A stretch of DNA of 64,000 bases from Macrostomum lignano (taxonomy: Eukaryota): the NCBI GenBank assembly GCA_002269645.1, contig NIVC01001941.1:1-64000 (forward strand). Reading direction: 5' to 3'. The notes beneath the pieces are model-generated. The model did no database searches. It worked only from the letters and a program-made list of their open reading frames with translations, and had not been told where the DNA came from. A program made the translations under genes and the position numbers. Shown piece after piece: positions 60,601-64,000 of this stretch (position 1 is its first letter; the number at the start of each line of letters is the position of its first letter).

Positions 60601-63600
60601 GCATTGAGCTCTGAAAATGGCAAGTACTTTTTTAGGCGAATAAATTTCTGATTAAAAGCGATTCCGCATCTGCCTACTTATGTAAGTAGGCTAACTTGCG
60701 CACTCAGTACGCACCGTAAACTCCTCGGGCAGTTCCGGAATGCTGTCCAAATCGCGCAGCAACGAGTCAAGCCGCTCTCTCTCCTCGGGCGTCATGGCAA
60801 CGACGTCGTTTGAAGCTGCTGCCAGCTGTGAAATTTAGATTGAGGAATTGTGAAGCTTTTGGCCATGATTTTATTTATTTTAATCTGTCAACCTTATTGT
60901 TGATAAGGACGAATGCAAAAAAGCTGATTCGGTCCGACTACTCATCTTCTGTTGCTAAGGAAGCATCTGACTACTCATCTTCCTGTTGCTAAGGAAGCAT
61001 CCAACTACTCATCTCCCTGTTGCTAAGGAAGCATCCGACTACTCATCTTCCTGTTGCTAAGGAAGCATCTGACTACTCATCTTCCTGTTGCTAAGGAAGC
61101 ATCCGACTACTCATCTCCCTGTTGCTAAGGAAGCATCTGACTACTCATCTTCCTGTTGCTAAGGAAGCATCCGACTACTCATCTTCCTGTTGCTAAGGCA
61201 GCGTCCGACTACTCATGTCTCTGTTGCTAAGGAAGTATCTGACTACTCTTCTGTTGCTAACCTCAATGTTTCGCTTTATAAAATCCTTCGACGAGTCGCC
61301 GCTCGCTGCCGCGCCCGAACCGGCCGCCTGCTTCTTCCGGCCGTCTTTTTGCTGCTGCTGCTTCCGGCTCGTCGTTCCGGACCGGGCGGTTCCGCCACCG
61401 ACTTCGGTGCCTTCCTCGTTGGCCCCAGCCGACTCCTGTGCCTCGTCGAACAGGTACTCGGTGGGGAACACCGGCTCGTGCGGCAGCTCATCGCTGTACT
61501 CATCCTGCAGGGCCGAATCCCCGTCCCGTCTGGTGCCGCCGTCGCTGGGCGTCAGCGCCAGGAACTTCATGGTGTTGCTCATCTCGTCATTTGTCCGCCT
61601 GGAGGTTGCCTCGGCGCGCAGCTGCTCCAGCTCCTCCTTGATCCTGGGAGTGCGGGCGAGGCAGAGGCGACGGTTGGCGGGTGATTTGGGGTGGATTGAG
61701 GGCAGAATAGGGGGAGATGGAGAGCGGATTGAGGGCGGAATATTGGGGATGGAGAGCGGATTGAGGGCGGAATAGGGGGATGGAGAGGGGATTGAGGGCG
61801 GAATATTGGGGATGGAGAGCGGATTGAGGGCGGAATATTGGGGATGGAGAGCGGATTGAGGGCGGAATATTGGGGATGGAGAGCGGATTGAGGGCGGAAT
61901 ATTGGGGATGGAGAGGGGATTGAGGGCGGAATAGGGGGATGGAGAGCGGATTGAGGGCAGAATAGGGGGAGATGGAGAGCGGATTAAGGGCGGAATAGGG
62001 GGATGGAGAGCGGATTGAGGGCGGAATAGTGGGGATGGAGAGCGGATTGAGGGCAGAATAGGGGGAGATGGAGAGCGGATTGAGGGCGGAATATTGGGGA
62101 TGGAGAGGGGATTGAGGGCGGAATAGGGGGATGGAGAGCGGATTGAGGGCAGAATAGGGGGAGATGGAGAGCGGATTAAGGGCGGAATAGGGGGATGGAG
62201 AGCGGATTGAGGGCGGAATAGTGGGGATGGAGAGCGGATTGAGGGCAGAATAGGGGGAGATGGAGAGCGGATTGTGGGCGGAATAGTGGGGATGGAGAGG
62301 GGATTGAGGGCAGAATAGGGGATGGAGAGCGGATTGAGGGCGGAATAGGGGGATGGAGAGCGGATTATGGGTGGAACAGGGGGGAAAAGGGCGGATTGAG
62401 GGCGGATTCGGAGAGTTGTACAGAGCGGACTAAGAATGGAATCGGAGGGGACTTTAGGCCGCATTAGAGATGAAATCTAAGAAGAGCGGATTGGGAGCAG
62501 CATTAGAGGGATGGAGTGCGGAATCGAAGAGGGACTGCACCAATGCGAGTCTCCAACCTTTTCTCCAGCATAGTTCTCTGACGCTTGACCTCGCGCTCTT
62601 TGGCCATCCGTTTCCGCAGAATCTTGTCAAGCTTCAGCATCCGCTGGTAGGCCTCGGTGTACTTGGCGTCCCGCTCCGGCAGCAGGCCGTTGGGGTCTGA
62701 CTGGTCGCGGGCGCTGGAGGCCGCGGATTCAGTCCGGCTGGACAGATTCTTCAGATCGTACCTGGCCAGCTCATCCTGCGGGTGTTCGATTTGATAATGA
62801 TAATTGCCCTGGTCTGACGCAATCCTGCCCATTCCGCTGACTCCTGAGCACACACAAGTGCGCCAATACTGTACGCAGGCACGCGCGCTCACACAGGGTG
62901 TACAGCGGCCCTGACTTTCTGATCGTCAGGCATGTACACTCTCTGTGCCTTGGGGGCTGATCCTCATGGATGTGAATCGCACGAAAGCCTCCCATGCCAA
63001 GTTTAGCGCCAGGCCTTCAAAATAATGTGTTTGCACACGGAATCGAACCAAGGGTTCGTGGCGCGAGATTCGGACGCGTTTACGGCTGAGCTGCTCTGCC
63101 CCTTTGGGTGGTCAGTTCAGGTCACAGCTCATTCGGCCAGGTCAGTTATTACATGTGAACAACAAACATAAGCAAATTTATGCATCAGTTTAAGTGCTTC
63201 AAATACGAACAACAGGATTTTTCAATATCTAGCTATAGCCAGCAGCTGACAATTAAAAAGTTGTGCGATTGGATTACTGACTGCACTAATAGTACACAAG
63301 AAACAGGAAGACTTTTACAGACTAGAGTGATCGCCATTAATTTCATTGTGTTAAAATACGAAGTTAAAGCTTGATTAGAGTACCTACGTAAGCATACTTT
63401 ATTGGATGCCACACTTTACGTAGATTTTACCTTGATATCCTCTCGAACTTTGCGCTTAATTTCTTCCTTCAGCTCCTGGATGATTTCGTTCTCCTCATCG
63501 CTGGTGACATCAGCGGTGGCAGAATCGGGCGCAGTTCCGTTCGGCTTCGCCTGCTGCCTCGGCGTCGCTGACTGAAGCTCCAGCGTCCTGTCGGTCGATG

Positions 63601-63631
63601 CCTCGCTAACGTCCGTGTCTTCTCGCTGCAT
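57643..63631 (-). CDS. FSIP1: Fibrous sheath-interacting protein 1 homolog (multi-exon)
   Basis: Exons 63631-63431, 62775-62558, 61643-61262, 60825-60715, 59332-58985, 58415-58173, 57948-57643, all GT-AG and in frame. DAKYTEAYQRMLKLDKILRKRMAKEREVKRQ, NTMKFLALT, DFIKRNIELA, MTPEERERLDSLLRD and GEGY match remembered FSIP1 motifs. Confidence 0.8.
58540..58965. repeat. 15-bp intronic minisatellite (CAAATCCAACATCT)n
   Basis: About 28 copies. Confidence 0.93.
60930..61260. repeat. ~37-bp intronic minisatellite (GACTACTCATCTTCCTGTTGCTAAGGAAGCATCC)n
   Basis: About 9 copies, running up to the splice donor. Confidence 0.93.
61690..62420. repeat. ~32-bp G-rich intronic minisatellite (GGGGATGGAGAGCGGATTGAGGGCGGAATA)n
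   Basis: About 22 copies. Confidence 0.93.
62815..63105 (-). mobile_element. tRNA-derived SINE copy
   Basis: Minus head GGGGCAGAGCAGCTCAGCCGTAAACGCGTCCGAATCTCGCGCCACGAACCCTTGGTTCGATTCC; body shared with the other copies. Confidence 0.8.
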
Positions 63632-64000
63632 TTTTCCTATTAGTCAACAAATGAACGACTCTGCAAAGTATATTTCTGCTTTAAATAGAGCATAAAAATC
63701 ATAAATAACTAAGTTCGAAGACACTTGATTCAAATTAACAAATGAATCCCTTTAAAGAATAAAAGATCTAGATGATATTTAGATACAGGCCAAATATACT
63801 CAGTTAATGCTACTTATTGGTATTCTTAAACTAATGTGTTAGCAGTATGCAGTGGATGAGAATTCAGATCTTTGTAAATTAAATTGTATAAATAGTCATT
63901 TTTTAAAAAATTTAATCCACTGTCAATACAGTTTATTTGTACAATGATGGATAATTTTCACTTTAAAACAAACAGAAATTAGTATTCTGCTCATTTATAG

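Overview
Eukaryotic (animal) genomic DNA with GT-AG introns, GC-rich exons and very dense mini/microsatellites. The style resembles a free-living flatworm such as Macrostomum, but that is an inference. 1-13.8 kb: four non-autonomous Helitron-like elements joined head-to-tail on the minus strand, each carrying its own satellite array. 14.9-15.3 kb: an orphan C2-domain exon. 15.5-20.1 kb: a Ty3/Gypsy (Mag-like) LTR retrotransposon running into an N gap. 20.6-33.2 kb: a cluster of five intronless, atypical nicotinic-receptor-like Cys-loop channel genes (three intact, two disrupted). They lack several canonical acetylcholine-binding residues and share a nearly nucleotide-identical M1-M3 pore cassette on divergent ligand-binding domains; this is the best candidate for a novel system. 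35.7-42.7 kb: a 5-exon signal peptide-CUB-LDLa-TM gene with a C2-domain gene nested in its first intron. Then PPP1R36 (+), a CYP2-clan P450 (-) and FSIP1 (-). All exon structures and alignments were done by eye.
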